Shown here one piece after another: positions 1 through 12,360 of a stretch of 64,000 nt of DNA. Source of the stretch: Squalus acanthias. Lineage: Eukaryota. The notes below the pieces were generated by a model that was not told the DNA's origin, ran no database searches, and worked only from the letters and a program-made list of their open reading frames with translations. The stretch's first letter is position 1, and every line of letters begins with the position of its first letter. The position numbers and the translations under genes are program-made. The stretch covers positions 101,744,001 through 101,808,000 of the forward strand of contig CM059431.1 of assembly GCA_030390025.1 (NCBI GenBank). Reading direction: 5' to 3'.

Positions 1-1420
1 CTCGACCTGACATCTGTCATACGCCCTCTTTTTCTGCTTCTTCTTACTCTCTATCTCTTTCGTCATCCAGGGAGCTCTGACTTTAGTTGCCCTACCTTTC
101 CCCCTGGTGGGAATGTACCTCGACTGTACTCAAACCATCTCCTCGATTACAGTTTTGCCTGCCAATCTTTGATTACAATTTACCCGGGCCAGATCCGTTC
201 TCATCCCACTGAAATTGGCCTTCTTCCAATTAAGTATTTTTACTCTAGATTGCTCCCTGTCCTTTTCCATAGCTAATCTAAACCTTATGATACTATGATC
301 ACTGTTCCCTAAATGTTCCCCTACTGACACTTGCTCCACTTGACCCACCTCATTCCCCAGAACCAGATCCAGCAATGCCTCCTTCCTCGTTGGGCCGGAA
401 ACATACTGATTAAGAAAGTTCTTCTGAACATGCTTCAGAAATTCTTCCCCTTCTCTGCCCTTTACACTATTATGATCCTAGTCTATATTAGGATAGTTGA
501 AGTCCCCCATTATTGCTACTCTATAGTTCTTGCACCTCTCTGTAATTTCTCTGCAAATTTGCTCCTCCATATCTTTCCCACTATTTGGTGGTCTATAGAA
601 TACACCTGGTAGTGTAATGGCACCTCTATTATTTCTTAACTCTAGCCATATAGATTCTGTCCTTGACCCCTCCAGGACATCTTCTCTCTCCAGCACTGTA
701 ACATTCTCCTTAATCAGTACTCCCACACCACCTCCCATCTTTCCTTCCCTATCTTTCCTGAACACCTTATAACCAGGAATATTTCATACCCAATCCTGCC
801 CTTTTTTGAGCCAGGTCTCAGTTATTGTCACAACACCATATTCCCATGTGGCTATTTGTGCCTGCAGCTCACTTACCTTGTTTACTACGCTTCGTGCGTT
901 CACATACGTACACTGTAAACCCATCTTAGACCATCCTGTATTCTCTCTTAGTCTGACCCCATCTAAGACCTTACTATTTCTTGCTTTTGTGCTATCTGTC
1001 TCTCCCAATCCTTTGAACACTCTATTTCTCCTTTCTCATGTTACATCCTGGTGCCCATCCCTCTGCCAAATTAGTTTAAACCCTCCCCAACCACAGTAGC
1101 AAACTTCCCCACGAGGATATTGGTTTCGGCCCTGTTGAGGTTCAACCTGTCCGGCCTGAACAGATCCCACCTCCCCCAGAACCGGTCCCAGGAATCTGAA
1201 GCCTTCCCTTCTGCACCATCTCTCCAGTCACACATTCATCTGCTCTATCCTCCTATTTCTATACTCGCTCATGCGTGACACCGGGAGTAATCCGGAGATT
1301 ACTACCTTTGAAGTCCTGCTTTTTAATCTCTTTCCTAGGTCCCTGAAATCTCTCTGCAGGAGCTCATCCCTCTTTCTACCCTGTGTCGTTGGCACCGATA
1401 TGGACCACGACCTCTGGCTG
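1..1420 (-). mobile_element. CR1-type LINE fragment (ORF1 3' part and ORF2 APE endonuclease region), degenerate
   Basis: Broken - strand ORFs with APE motifs YVNARS, TETWL, GVFYRPP, GDFN, LDLVL, SDH; frameshifts and stops; runs off the window start. Confidence 0.85.
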
Positions 1421-1464
1421 TTCTATAGTTTCATTACAATTAATAATGCCGTTTTACATTACAG

Positions 1465-1551
1465 CACTCGGGCCCTGAAATCAAGTGGGTCGATGGAGCC
1501 AAACATATATTCAAAGTCGCAACGCACCTCGTGTCTACAATCTACACTCAG
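1465..1551 (+). CDS. DOCK9: DOCK9 exon (HSGPEIKWVDGAKHIFKVATHLVSTIYTQ), end of DHR1/C2 domain
   Basis: ttacag acceptor, gtcagt donor, 87 nt, phase 0/0; resembles the DOCK9 IKWVDG...THLVST.YTQ segment. Confidence 0.93.
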
Positions 1552-1750
1552 GTCAGTTGATATCGTCCTTCTAATTCTTCGCATGTTTTGAAAGTTAGCC
1601 CATATTTGATTCAGATTGTCTTCGGGTTGTACTTGTTCCACGTAATCGAAGTTGGCACATGATGTTTGTATTCTGATTAATGAATTAATATTCTTTTAAT
1701 GCTGCTTTAAAACATATAATATTCCTTTTTTAAAAAGTAATGCATCCTAT

Positions 1751-2220
1751 GAAAGACAGACTTGCATTTCTATAGCGCCTTTCACGACCACCTGACGTCC
1801 CAAATCGCTTTACAGCCAATGAAGTACTTTTGAAGTGTAGTCACTGTTGTAATGTGGGAAATGCGGCAGCCAATTTGCGCACAGCAAGCTCCCACAAACA
1901 GCAATGTGATAGTGACCAGATAATCTGTTTTTAGTGATGTTGGTTGAGGGATAAATATTGGCCAGGACACCGGGGAGAACTCCCCTGCTCTTCTTCGAAA
2001 TAGTGCCATGGGATCTTTTACATCCACCTGAGAGAGCAGACGGGGCCTCAGTTTAACGTCTCATCCGAAAGACGGCACCTCCGACAGTGTAGCACTCCCT
2101 CAGCACTGCACTGGAGTGGCAGCCTATCTATATGTGCTCAAGTCTCTGGAGTGGGACTTGAACCCACAACCTTCTGACTCAGAGGCGAGAATGCTACCCA
2201 CTGAGCCACGGCTGACACTG
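1751..2220 (-). mobile_element. tRNA-derived DeuSINE (SacSINE1-like), full length
   Basis: A/B boxes (gtggctcagtgg / ggttcaagtccc), Deu-like core (gagacgttaaac.gagg...gatcccatggcact), L2-like 3' tail; many copies in the window. Confidence 0.85.
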
Positions 2221-2347
2221 TGGGGAAACAATTAAGTTTTAAAAAAACAAACCACACGCCTGTTGTGGATAAAGTGTGTAAATCGGGTCGCTACATTGGT
2301 TGTTCTTGGAAGGACTTACAAGAGCACTTTCTTCTTGGTGTTTGTAG

Positions 2348-2437
2348 GACCAGCACCTGAACAATTTCTTCCAGTATTGCCAGCGGTGTGATTCTGGAGC
2401 TCAGGCCTCGGGAACAGAACTGGTCAAATTCCTCAAG
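2348..2437 (+). CDS. DOCK9: DOCK9 exon (DQHLNNFFQYCQRCDSGAQASGTELVKFLK)
   Basis: tgtag acceptor, gtaagt donor, 90 nt, phase 0/0. Confidence 0.95.
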
Positions 2438-3189
2438 GTAAGTTTTCGACTCCTCGCGGTCAGGGTGATTATACCCCACCTTGCGTCGTCGGATATTAAA
2501 CGCGGGCTATTTTATTTCACAATTCAGTGGAAGTGTGAAGCACGCAACCTCTGGCAAATACGAATAAAATGAGGGAGTGCAGACTGGTTAATTAGTCTTT
2601 GTAAGAAACCTGTTTAGATATGCATCAAGTCTCAGGATGTCAAATTTGGCCAATTCTCATCCCAATCATCATGCTTTTTAGTTCATATTTTTTATGTCTG
2701 CTCCATGTTGTGCGTATAACTTATTAAAAATGTAACGTTACGTCACTGATGGCACTTGTGATTCACGATTAAAATAATGCATGGGGTTTCTCTGTTTTAT
2801 GTTCAGTCACTTTCCTCATGTTAATGCAAGCAAACAAAAAATGTTCACTGTTCCTCGGTCCCTCACAAATCGGGAGTATATACAGCATAGAAAGAGGCCA
2901 TTCGGCCCATCGTGCCTGTGCCGGCTCTTTGAAAGAGCTCTCCAATTAGCCCCACTCCCCCCCTGCTCTTTCCCCATAGCCCTGCAAATTATTCCTTTTA
3001 AATAATAGGTATTTGTATGGTTCTTAAACACCGCGTTACAAGGCAAGGGTCTACTGTATTTCTTGTAGTAATTGTTGTTATGCCTATTTAAAATCCCTTC
3101 TCAATGATAGCTCATCTTTCTGGGTGGCAGTATGTATGAGCGCCGTTAGGTTTTGGCAGTGAGGGGTTTGGTTCTTTCAAGCTGCCGGG

Positions 3190-3303
3190 TTGCTGATCTA
3201 AGCCAGGCTGCTGATCTAAGCCAGGCTGCTGATCTAAGCCAGGCTGCTGATCTAAGCCAGGCTGCTGATCTAAGCCAGGCTGCTGATCTAAGCCAGGCTG
3301 CTG
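3190..3303. repeat. 18-bp tandem repeat (ctgatctaagccaggctg) x~6
   Basis: Direct reading; near-perfect copies. Confidence 0.95.
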
Positions 3304-3394
3304 TGTGGAAGTGCAGAGCTGTGGTCACGAACCAGTCCATTCAGAGAAGAGAACATCAGATGTCGCGTTGTCTTTGGGCCACATCTCCCTGTAA

Positions 3395-3795
3395 AAGAAA
3401 GACAGCACCTTTCACGACCTCGGGACTTCCCAAAGCACTTTTACAACGAATAGCGTACTTTTGAAGTGTTAGTAGGAAACGCGGCAGCCAATTTGCACAC
3501 AGCAAGCTCCCACAAACAGCAATGTGACAATGACCAGATAATGTTTTTTGTGATGTTGATTGAGAGCTAAATATTGGCCCCAGGACACTGTAGGAAACGC
3601 GGCAGCCAATTAGCGCACAGCAAGCTCCCGCAAACGGCAATGAAATGAATATCCAGCTCATCTGTTTTCGGTGTTGGTTGAGGGATAAATATTGGCCCAG
3701 GACACCGGGGAAAACTCCCCTTCTCTTCGAATAGGATCTTTAATGTCCACCTGAGAGGGCAGACGGGGCCTCGGTTTAACACTGTCATCTGAAAG
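3395..3795 (-). mobile_element. SacSINE1-like SINE, partial with internal duplication
   Basis: Matches the 3' half of the 1751-2220 copy; the segment taggaaacgcggcagccaat occurs twice. Confidence 0.8.
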
Positions 3796-4000
3796 GCATA
3801 GTGTACATATAGCAGCATTGCAGAGGTCTGAGGAGTTGGCCACCTCCTTTGCCTCTAATCGGATCGTGTTTGACCCAAGAAGAATGAGGGGTTTAACAGG
3901 GTGTTGGGTAATTGGAGTTCGGGGTTCTGAACGGATTTTATGTCGGGCGGGCAGAATTGTATTAACACATCCTGAATTCTGTAACCGGTTTTTCCTGTAG

Positions 4001-4116
4001 AGCTTGCATGCAATGGAAAGCCATGTGATGATCAATTTCCTGCCCACAATCCTGAACCAATTGTTTCGAGTGCTTGCAAGGGCCACACAAGAGGATGTTG
4101 CCGTTAATGTTACAAG
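4001..4116 (+). CDS. DOCK9: DOCK9 exon ([39 protein letters not shown])
   Basis: cctgtag acceptor, gtaaat donor, 116 nt, phase 0/2. Confidence 0.95.
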
Positions 4117-4581
4117 GTAAATCGAACATATGTGGCTATTGTTAATTTATTATGAGGAAAAATACCTTGTACTTTGAAAGAAAATCCTGCATTTCCTGAA
4201 ATCTTGCTGAATAAATGTTTCTTAACAATTAGGAGGACTACCAATAAAATATAATTGTCTCTGAGCTCCAGCTTTGGGATAAAAGCGCCAGCGACCGTAC
4301 TTCTTGAACAATTAATGTTTATTCAGTATCCAAAAATAAATAGATGGTTCCACAAAGGAACAAAACGCCCATGCAACATTTGCTGTGCAGATACAAGGAG
4401 TGATCTGCGTAGGCAGCTCAAAGAGACAACACAGATAATCAAAAATGGATATGAATTAAGGAGTGTCTCTTCATTGCTGGGACCTGGGTTCAAATCCAGT
4501 GCAGACAGCGGACACGAACCATCCATCGCTTTAGCTATAGATTGCAGCACAATTCTGAGTGGGTCTAAGTTTACAAACATG

Positions 4582-5170
4582 TCTCGCTCCCTGTCTGTTC
4601 CCCTCGCTCCCTGTCTGTTCCCCTCGCTCCCTGTCTGTTCCCCTCGCTCCCTGTCTGTCCCCCTCGCTCCCTGTCTGTCCCCTTGCTCCCTGTCTGTTCC
4701 CCTCGCTCCCTGTCTGTCCCCTCGCTCCCTGTCTGTTCCCCTCGCTCCCTGTCTGTCCCCTCGCTCCCTGTCCCCTCGCTCCCTGTCTGTTCCCCTCGCT
4801 CCCTGTCTGTCCCCTCGCTCCCTGTCTGTCCCCTCGCTCCCTGTCTGTCCCCCTCGCTCCCTGTCTGTTCCCCTCGCTCCCTGTCTGTCCCCTCGCTCCC
4901 TGTCTGTCCCCCTCGCTCCCTGTCTGTCCCCCTCGCTCCCTGTCTGTTCCCCTCGCTCCCTGTCTGTTCCCCTCGCTCCCTGTCTGTCCCCTCGCTCCCT
5001 GTCTGTCCCCTCGCTCCCTGTCTGTTCCCCTCGCTCCCTGTCTGTTCCCCTCGCTCCCTGTCTGTTCCCCTCGCTCCCTGTCTGTCCCCTCGCTCCCTGT
5101 CTGTTCCCCTCGCTCCCTGTCTGTTCCCCTCGCTCCCTGTCTGTTCCCCTCGCTCCCTGTCTGTTCCCCC
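4582..5170. repeat. 20-21-bp pyrimidine-rich minisatellite (cctcgctccctgtctgt[t]cc), roughly 28 copies
   Basis: Direct reading; explains the repetitive ORFs at 4255-5369. Confidence 0.95.
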
Positions 5171-5212
5171 ACTCTCTTTGGTTATGAGTTTACAAATATT
5201 CTTTCATTCATT

Positions 5213-5225
5213 TTCTCTTTCTCTT

Positions 5226-5267
<42 letters not shown>

Positions 5268-5356
5268 TCTCTCTCACCTTTTCACACTCCCACTTGCTAC
5301 CCCTCTCACTCACGTCCTCTCTCTCCCCCCCCCCCCCACACACACACACACACACA
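5213..5356. repeat. (CT)n / poly-C / (CA)n compound microsatellite
   Basis: Direct reading. Confidence 0.9.
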
Positions 5357-5462
5357 AAATAAAATCTAATGCATTCTAAAAGCTGTAACTTCTAGTTCAC
5401 AGGGCTTCTATCCAAGTCTGTTTACGTGCTAATGTTTGAATTTCATGAAATTCTCTCCCTAG

Positions 5463-5529
5463 AGTTCTTGTACACATCGTTTCCCAGTGTCACGAAGGAT
5501 TGGAACACTATCTACGGTCTTACATAAAG
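5463..5529 (+). CDS. DOCK9: DOCK9 exon (VLVHIVSQCHEGLEHYLRSYIK)
   Basis: ctccctag acceptor, gtactg donor, 67 nt, phase 2/0. Confidence 0.93.
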
Positions 5530-5655
5530 GTACTGCTGGCAACATAACCTCCCCATATTGAGAAATGTGAATGCAAAATTAGTTACTTTAACAAACCTAA
5601 GCAAGGAGCGCCAAATTGGACAATGTATCTTGTTAACCATTTGGACCTGCTTTTT

Positions 5656-5870
5656 AAAATAAAAACAGAAAATGCTGGAAATACTCAGCAGGTCAGGCAG
5701 CATCTGTGGAGAAACAGAGTTAACGTTTCAGGTCAGACGAAGGGTCATCGACCTGAAACGTTGACTCTGTTTCTCTCTCCACAGATGCTGCCTGACCTGC
5801 TGAGTATTTCCAGTATTTTCTGTTTTTATTTCAGATTTCCAGCATCCGCAGTATTTTGCTTTTGTATTGA
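5656..5870. mobile_element. Penelope-type palindromic (fold-back) repeat with disrupted hammerhead core
   Basis: Long inverted arms; flanked by direct repeat acctgcttttt (5645-5655 / 5871-5881). Confidence 0.75.
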
Positions 5871-6072
5871 ACCTGCTTTTTGTTCGTTCCTGGGAATTAA
5901 GATTGACTGAGCGAAGCTTTGCCCTCAGATCATTTAACCCTCCAAATTTAAACGGCTAGTTACTTTAGCGCAACTCATTTTTTCTTTCAGTTTGAATATT
6001 TTGAGTCTTGCTCCAGTCCCAAGTTAAGATGTTAACAGGATTAATTTTCCGCTGTCCCTTAATGAATAAGCT

Positions 6073-7202
6073 CATGGGCCCGGATTTTGGGGGCCGATGA
6101 CTGCGTGCGCACAGTGCACGGCGTCGTGAGATCCTCAGAATGGCCCCGCAAGTTCCGGGTTTCCGCATGCGCCCCAAAAACACTTTCGCCGGCGCAGAGT
6201 CGAGCTATTTGCCCAGCGAATGCTCACCAAACCTTTGTGCCTGGTAAAAGCAGGCGGAGGGTGTGCTTTCACCAGCGTAAGTGTTTAAATAAATGTTCAA
6301 GAGTGTGAGCCGTGGCTCAGTGGGCAGCACTCTCATCTCTGAGTCAGAAGTCTGTGGGTTCAAGTCCCACTCCAGAGACTCGAGCACAAAAATCCAGGCT
6401 GATACTCCCAGTGCAGTGCTGAGGGAGCGCTGCACTGTCGGAGGTGCCGTCTTTCGGATGAGACGTTAAACCGAGGCTCCGTCTGCCCTCTCAGGTGGAC
6501 GTAAAAGATCCCAGGGCACTATTTCGAAGAAGAGCAGGGGAGTTCTCCCCGGTGTCCTGGTCAATATTTATCCCTCAATCAACATCACGAAAACAGATTA
6601 TCTGTTCATTATCACATTGCTGTTTGTGGGAGCTTGCTGTGCTCAAATTGGCTGCCGCATTTCCTACATTACAACAGTGACCACACTTCAAAAGTACTTC
6701 ATTGGCTGTAAAACGCTTTGAGACGTCCGGTGGTCGTGAAAAGCGCTATATAAATACAAGTCTTTTTTTTAAATTAAAATTTTAAAATGAACAAGACGTA
6801 CAGAAACATTTAAAATTAGTTCATGTAAATTTTGGGCCAAATTAAAATGTTCTTGTTATTTTTTCAAAAAAATTAAATTTTTATTTTAAATGCTTAATCA
6901 AAGGGACTTTTAATTAATTTTGAACATGGGAATATTTATTTTTATCAGAGTTGTGTTAATTATTTATTTATTTATTCGGGGATTTTCCCATAAGCTTATG
7001 AGGAATCCTCCTTTCTGGTTGGTTGGCCTGGCCCACGTGATCCCAGGGACGTTTCCGACCCGCCTGGGGTCCGTGGGTCTTTCCACAGGCGTTGCCCGCA
7101 GGCCCGAGACCCGTAGCTCCGGAGCCACCAGGTACTGGCGGATTTTCTTCGGGTCAGAGGTGTGCTCCGGAGTTGCTCCTCCGACTGCAGACTTCGGCCC
7201 AT
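6073..7202. mobile_element. Probable non-autonomous DNA transposon (MITE-like), interrupted by a SINE
   Basis: Short inverted ends atgggcc / ggcccat, AT-rich centre; related copy at about 44140-44860. Confidence 0.55.
6303..6768 (+). mobile_element. SacSINE1-like SINE, full length
   Basis: Same sequence family as 1751-2220. Confidence 0.85.
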
Positions 7203-7264
7203 GATGTCTAACTAGCCTCATGTTCAACCTCATCCTTTTTTGGTTCCCCCAATAGTGTAGTGCT

Positions 7265-7684
7265 GCACAGACTGGGCGCCTATTCCCTCGAGTGTAGAAG
7301 ATTAAGGGGTGATCTAATCGAGGTGTTTCAGATGATTAAAGGATTTGACAGGGTAGATCGAGAGAAACTATTTCCTCTGGTGGGGGGAGTCCAGAACAAG
7401 GGGGCATCACCTTAAAATTAGAGCCAGGCCGTTCAGGGGTGATGTCAGGAAGCACTTCTTCACACAAAGGGTGGTGGAAATCTGGAACTCTCTCCCCCCA
7501 AAAAGCTGTTGAGGCTGGGGGTCAATTGAAAATATCAAAACTGCGATTGATAGATTTTTGTTGGGTAAGGGTATTAAGGGTTACGGAACCAAGGCGGGTA
7601 GATGGAGTTAAGATACAGATCAGCCGTGATCTAACTGAATGGCGGAACAGGCTCGAGGGGCTGAATGGCCTCCTCCTGTTCCTA
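7265..7684 (+). mobile_element. CR1 LINE 3' fragment
   Basis: RT C-terminal RRLRGDLIEVF-type sequence and CR1 3' UTR (gaatggcctcctcct). Confidence 0.8.
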
Positions 7685-8438
7685 GTGGGTAAATACATTG
7701 TCCTGAGCCTGAGTATTGCAGTCTACACAAGTGCTTTACTTTGCACATTTAAAATATGTGTAGCCAAGCCACTGGGGTTGATCCCAAGTCAAGCTCCCGG
7801 CTACAGTGTTGTATTGTACCTAGCAAGAAATAAATGAAGCAGTGCTGGTCAGATGGTTACAGTTTAGGAGACAGGTCACACTTTTCAACACACAACGTTA
7901 AAATGTACTTGAAATGCAAATCTTTGAGTCTGACTGAATTTTACACTGAATGGGTTTTGGCTGTTGCAGTGGGACATCTGGGATCTTTTTTAAACTTGCC
8001 TTGACACCAAATTGCAGCTCATAAGAACATAAGATAAAAGGAGCAGGAGTCGGCCATTTGGCCCCTCGAGCCTGCTCTGCCGTTCAATAAGATCATGGCT
8101 GATCTTCGACCGCAACTCCACTTTCCCGCACTATCCTCATAGCCCTTTGATTCCCTTAATATTCAGAAAGCTATCGATCTCTGTCTTGAATATACTCCTA
8201 GTTCCAGTGGCTATGAGGCGGAGCCTAAGCCTAGCTGAGTGCAGCCCTAACACCCGATCGCCGCCAGAGTTCAATTACCCGAATGATGTCGGTGCGCAGC
8301 ACACGTGGTTTTATAACTGGCGCTGAGGATTATTGTGCTTCGATTTGCTCGAGCTCCTGATAGACAAATCACTGATGGATCCTTTCCTTCCTCTCAACTC
8401 CTTGCTGTCTTTTCTCCCCCCCCCTCTTCCCCCCACAG

Positions 8439-8564
8439 TATGTTTTCAAGACTGAACCGTGCAGTTCCTCCAAATGCAAGACGGTGCACGAAGAGTTGAG
8501 CAAGTCCATGACTGTCCTCCTCAAAACAACCGCAGACTTTCTCACCTGCAACAAGCTGCTCAAG
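8439..8564 (+). CDS. DOCK9: DOCK9 exon (YVFKTEPCSSSKCKTVHEELSKSMTVLLKTTADFLTCNKLLK)
   Basis: Long pyrimidine tract + cacag acceptor, gtagat donor, 126 nt, phase 0/0. Confidence 0.95.
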
Positions 8565-9182
8565 GTAGATGAACCCTAAGCCTCTCCGAACTTATCTCAG
8601 CCTCTTGGCTCGTTGAGTATTTCTAAAGCCAACCGTGCTAATTGTTAGCGGATAGTTGATTAATCGGGGCCGTGTTTTGTGTTTTTGAAGTCGATTTTGC
8701 GAAACTGTTTTTTGTCTCGAAACATTTTCCTTTTTTCCAGATTGCCCTTTGCTGGTTCAGGCAATATTTCCATTCCTATCTCAATCTCTTCAACAGGGAC
8801 CCTTTCAAAGTCCCAATTTTAAACTCTCACGCATTTCCTGCCTCTCACTGCTGCTGAATTGTATGCTGATGGGGTGAGATGAAGTAGGGGCGGGAGGAGG
8901 CTCGTGTGGAGCACGGCCCAGGTGGGCCGAATGGCCTCTTTCTGTGCTGTGGAATTCCATGCAATTATTCATCATTGAGAAGCGACCTTTACATTGGGTC
9001 AGATTATCTACACATCAGAAAAATAACTTAAAGAATGCGTCTGACTCTGGAATTTCACCAGCACCGTTACCTACATAATAATTTCCTGATTTTATTACCT
9101 ATCTTGAATTTTGAGGGTATTTCAATAATTGTTATCCAATTCATTCCAAGGTCTACTTGCAGTATTTTAATTGCATTATTAA

Positions 9183-9705
9183 GTCACTAGTAAATCCAAT
9201 AGGGAATTCAGGAGAAACTTCTTTACCCAGAGAGTGGTGAGAATGTGGAACTCGCTCCCACAGGGAGTGGTTGAGGTGAAGAGCAGAGATACATTTAAGA
9301 GGAAACTAGTTTAAAAATAAGAAGAAACTGTTTCCACTGGCAGGAGGGTCAGAAACCAGAGGACACAGGTTGAAGATAATTGGCAGAAGAGCCAGAGGGG
9401 GAGATGAGGAGAAATTGTTTTTTTACATAACGAGTTGTTATGAATCGTTAGGGAATTCAGGAGAAACTTCTTTACCCAGAGAGTGGTGAGAATGTGGAAT
9501 TCGCTACCACAGGGAGTGGTTGAGGTGAATAGCATAGAGGTATTTACGGGGAAGCGAGATAAACACATGAGGGAGAAAGGAATAGAAGGCTATGCTGATA
9601 GGGTGAGATGAAGAGGGGTGGGAGGAGGCTCGTGTGGAGCATAAACACCGGCATTGACCAGATGGGCCGAATGGCCTGTTTCTGTGGTGTAAAATTCTAT
9701 ATAAA
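9183..9705 (+). mobile_element. Nested/tandem CR1 3' fragments
   Basis: Repeated gggaattcaggagaaacttctttacccagagagtggtg (EFRRNFFTQRVV) segments. Confidence 0.8.
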
Positions 9706-10051
9706 AGTAAGTCGGTGGCAGTGGTGCCCCACTGTGAACATGGCAGATGTGTGTGTACACCTGAAGTGAAAGTGGTAAGTGATTTGACGGGGATTTTCCA
9801 TGTTCATTGTGGATTTAAAAGTGCGGTACAAATCGTGACAACAGGAAGTGACGTTTGTGGACAGGAAGGCTTTACAGACACAAGATTTTTAATAGATACA
9901 GGAGTACTGAAGTCAGTGCAACGCATTGTGACCGCGCACTGCTGATGATTCAATTGTCCTACGAGGACGCTGACTTATTTTCCTCGGTTGTTTAAAGCAT
10001 ATTTCAAACTGGCATTCTTTCTACTAAAATAAAGGTTTTGTTTGCTTTCAG

Positions 10052-10123
10052 TATTCTTGGTTTTTCCTCGAGGCACTGATAAAATCAATGGCCCAGCACC
10101 TTATAGAAACCAGCAAGCTGAAG
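10052..10123 (+). CDS. DOCK9: DOCK9 exon (YSWFFLEALIKSMAQHLIETSKLK)
   Basis: tttcag acceptor, gtaagc donor, 72 nt, phase 0/0. Confidence 0.95.
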
Positions 10124-10234
10124 GTAAGCCTCCACATGTTAGTTACTGATGCGCCAGTGTGTTTTTTATAAATCATGTCGGTATTTCGGCTAGAATGAAG
10201 TTTATTGAATGATCTTCCACCCGCCGTATACATG

Positions 10235-10635
10235 AGCTCATCCAAAATTCCGCTGCCCGTATACTAATTCGCATCCTTGTGTCCAAATCCCTCCATGTCC
10301 TCGCACCTCCCTATCTCAGTAAACTCCTCCGGCCCAACCACCCTCCCAGATCTCTGCGTTCCTCCAATTCGGGCCTCTTGCGCATCCCTGATTTCCATTG
10401 GCGGCCGTGCCTTCAGCCGCCTAGGCCCTAAGCTCTGGAATTCCCTCCCCAAACCTCTCCACCTCTCTCCTCCTTTAAGACGCTCCTTAAAACCTACCTC
10501 TTCGACCAAGCTTTTGGTCACCTGTCCTAACATCTCCTTATGTGGCTCGGGGTCAAATTTTGTCTCAACACTCCTGTGAAGCTCCTTGGGACACTTTACT
10601 ATGTTAAAGGCGCTCTATAAATGCAAGTAGTTTTA
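10235..10635 (+). mobile_element. L2-type LINE 3' fragment
   Basis: GGRAFS..GPKLWNSLP motif and tail aaaggcgctctataaatgcaagt. Confidence 0.8.
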
Positions 10636-11244
10636 TGGTGATATTGACGGTCTTCTTTCTTGACTAGAATTTGGTAATTTTGCTGTTATATACCACCTTT
10701 TACACACTGCGCCTGTAGCCCACTTCATCATAATTCAGTATTTGTGAAGCAGCATTTCCCCCAACCTTCTCCGGACCAGACGGGGTTTTCAGTACTGTGT
10801 CCCACTTGGTCACTGAGACTCAAGTGAGAGAGTCCAGCTCGGGGGGGAAGTGTAGAGGCGAGTCACAAGGGTGATCCCGGACACCAGCGGGCTGAGTCAT
10901 GACCGGGCCTTCCGGCCTTAAAAGGAGGAGGAGACTCGGTGAGAACGTGTACAACACATAATGATGAATGTGAAACTACTTCTTCCAGCTGAATTCCGAT
11001 TGTAGGAGAGGAGAGCACAGACTCAAACTTGGGGCTGTTGGCCAGAGGTTCTAGCTGAGATTAAGTGATGGAGGGGCGGTGGAGGCAAAACCTTGGACTC
11101 ATTTAAGAAACAGTTGGACCATATCATGGTAGACTGTTTCTGGATGGAAGAATTAGGATATGCTAAATAGTTTTTCTTATCTATCCTGTGAGATCCTCTC
11201 TCAAATTCTCAATACGATTGTTGCTTAAAAGTAATTCTAAAGAA

Positions 11245-11570
11245 TTCAAACTGTTTTCGCTTGTTGGGGAATCCAAAACTAGGGGCCATCAATATAAGAT
11301 AGTCACCAGTAAATCCAATCGGGAATTCAGGAGAAACTTTACCCAGAGAGTGGTGAGAATGTGGAACTTGCTACCACAGGGAGTGGTTGAAGCAAATAGC
11401 AGAGATACATTTAAGGGGAAGCTGAATAAGCACATGAGGGAGAAAGGAATAGAAGGATATGTTGATAGGGTGAGATGAAGAGGGGTGGGAGGAGGCTCAT
11501 GTGGAGCATAAACACCGGCACGGACCAGTTGGGCCGAATGGCCTGTTTCTGTGCTGTACATTCTGTGATT
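11245..11570 (+). mobile_element. CR1 LINE 3' fragment
   Basis: TRGH...RRNFTQRVV.MWN.LP remnant. Confidence 0.8.
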
Positions 11571-11679
11571 TGTGGTGGGGTTTTTTCTGCCCAATCACGT
11601 TTGTTGGTTAATTATCACCAACTAACACCCACCTAATTCGATGTTTCAAAAACCATTTAAGCTGTGAAGCGGTATCCAC

Positions 11680-12360
11680 CAACATCCTGGGGGGTCACCA
11701 TTAACCAGAAACTTAACTGGACGAGCCTCATAAATACTGTGGCAACAAGAGCAGGTCAGAGGATAGGTATTCTGTGGCGAGTGTCTCACCTCCTGGCTCC
11801 CCAAAGCCTTTCCACCATCTACAAGGCACAAGTCAGGAGTGTGATGGAATACTCTCCACTTGCCTGGATGAGTGCAGCTCCAACAACACTCAAGAAACTC
11901 AACACCATCCAGGACAAAGCAGCCCGCTTGATTGGCACCCCATCCACCACCTTAAACATTCACTCCCTCCACCACCGGCACACTGTGGCTGCAGTGTGTA
12001 CCATCTACAAGATGCACTGCAGCAACTCGCCAAGGCTCCTTCGACAGCACCTCCCAAACCCGTGACCTCTTCCACCTAGAAGGACAAGGGCAGCAGGCGC
12101 ATTGGAACACCACCACCTCCAGGTTTCCCTCCAAGTCACACACCATCCTGACTTAGCAGTATATCGGCCGTTCCTTCATCGTCGCTGGGTCAAAATCCTG
12201 GAACTCCCTCCCTAACAGCACTGTGGGAGTACCTTCACCACACGGACTGCAGAGGTTCAAGAAGGCGGCTCATCACCACCTTCTCGAGGGCAATTTGGGA
12301 TGGGCAATAAATGCTGGCCTTGCCAGCGACGCCCACATCCCATAAACGAATAAAAAATGT
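11680..12360 (+). mobile_element. Non-LTR retrotransposon 3' fragment (clade uncertain; YKAQVRSVMEYSPLAW family)
   Basis: RT C-terminal remnant; tail gggatgggcaataaatgctggccttgccagcgacgcccacatccc + A-rich end; other copies at about 29405-29715, 30175-30820, 57925-58135, 61405-61695, 63485-63745. Confidence 0.8.

Noticed and set aside
2150..2220. tRNA-like sequences with A and B boxes (also at about 6305, 43660 and others)
   Set aside because: SINE heads continuous with the SINE body, not tRNA genes
4255..5369. Long ORFs (213-310 aa) on both strands
   Set aside because: Translations of a stop-free 20-21-bp minisatellite; no protein features
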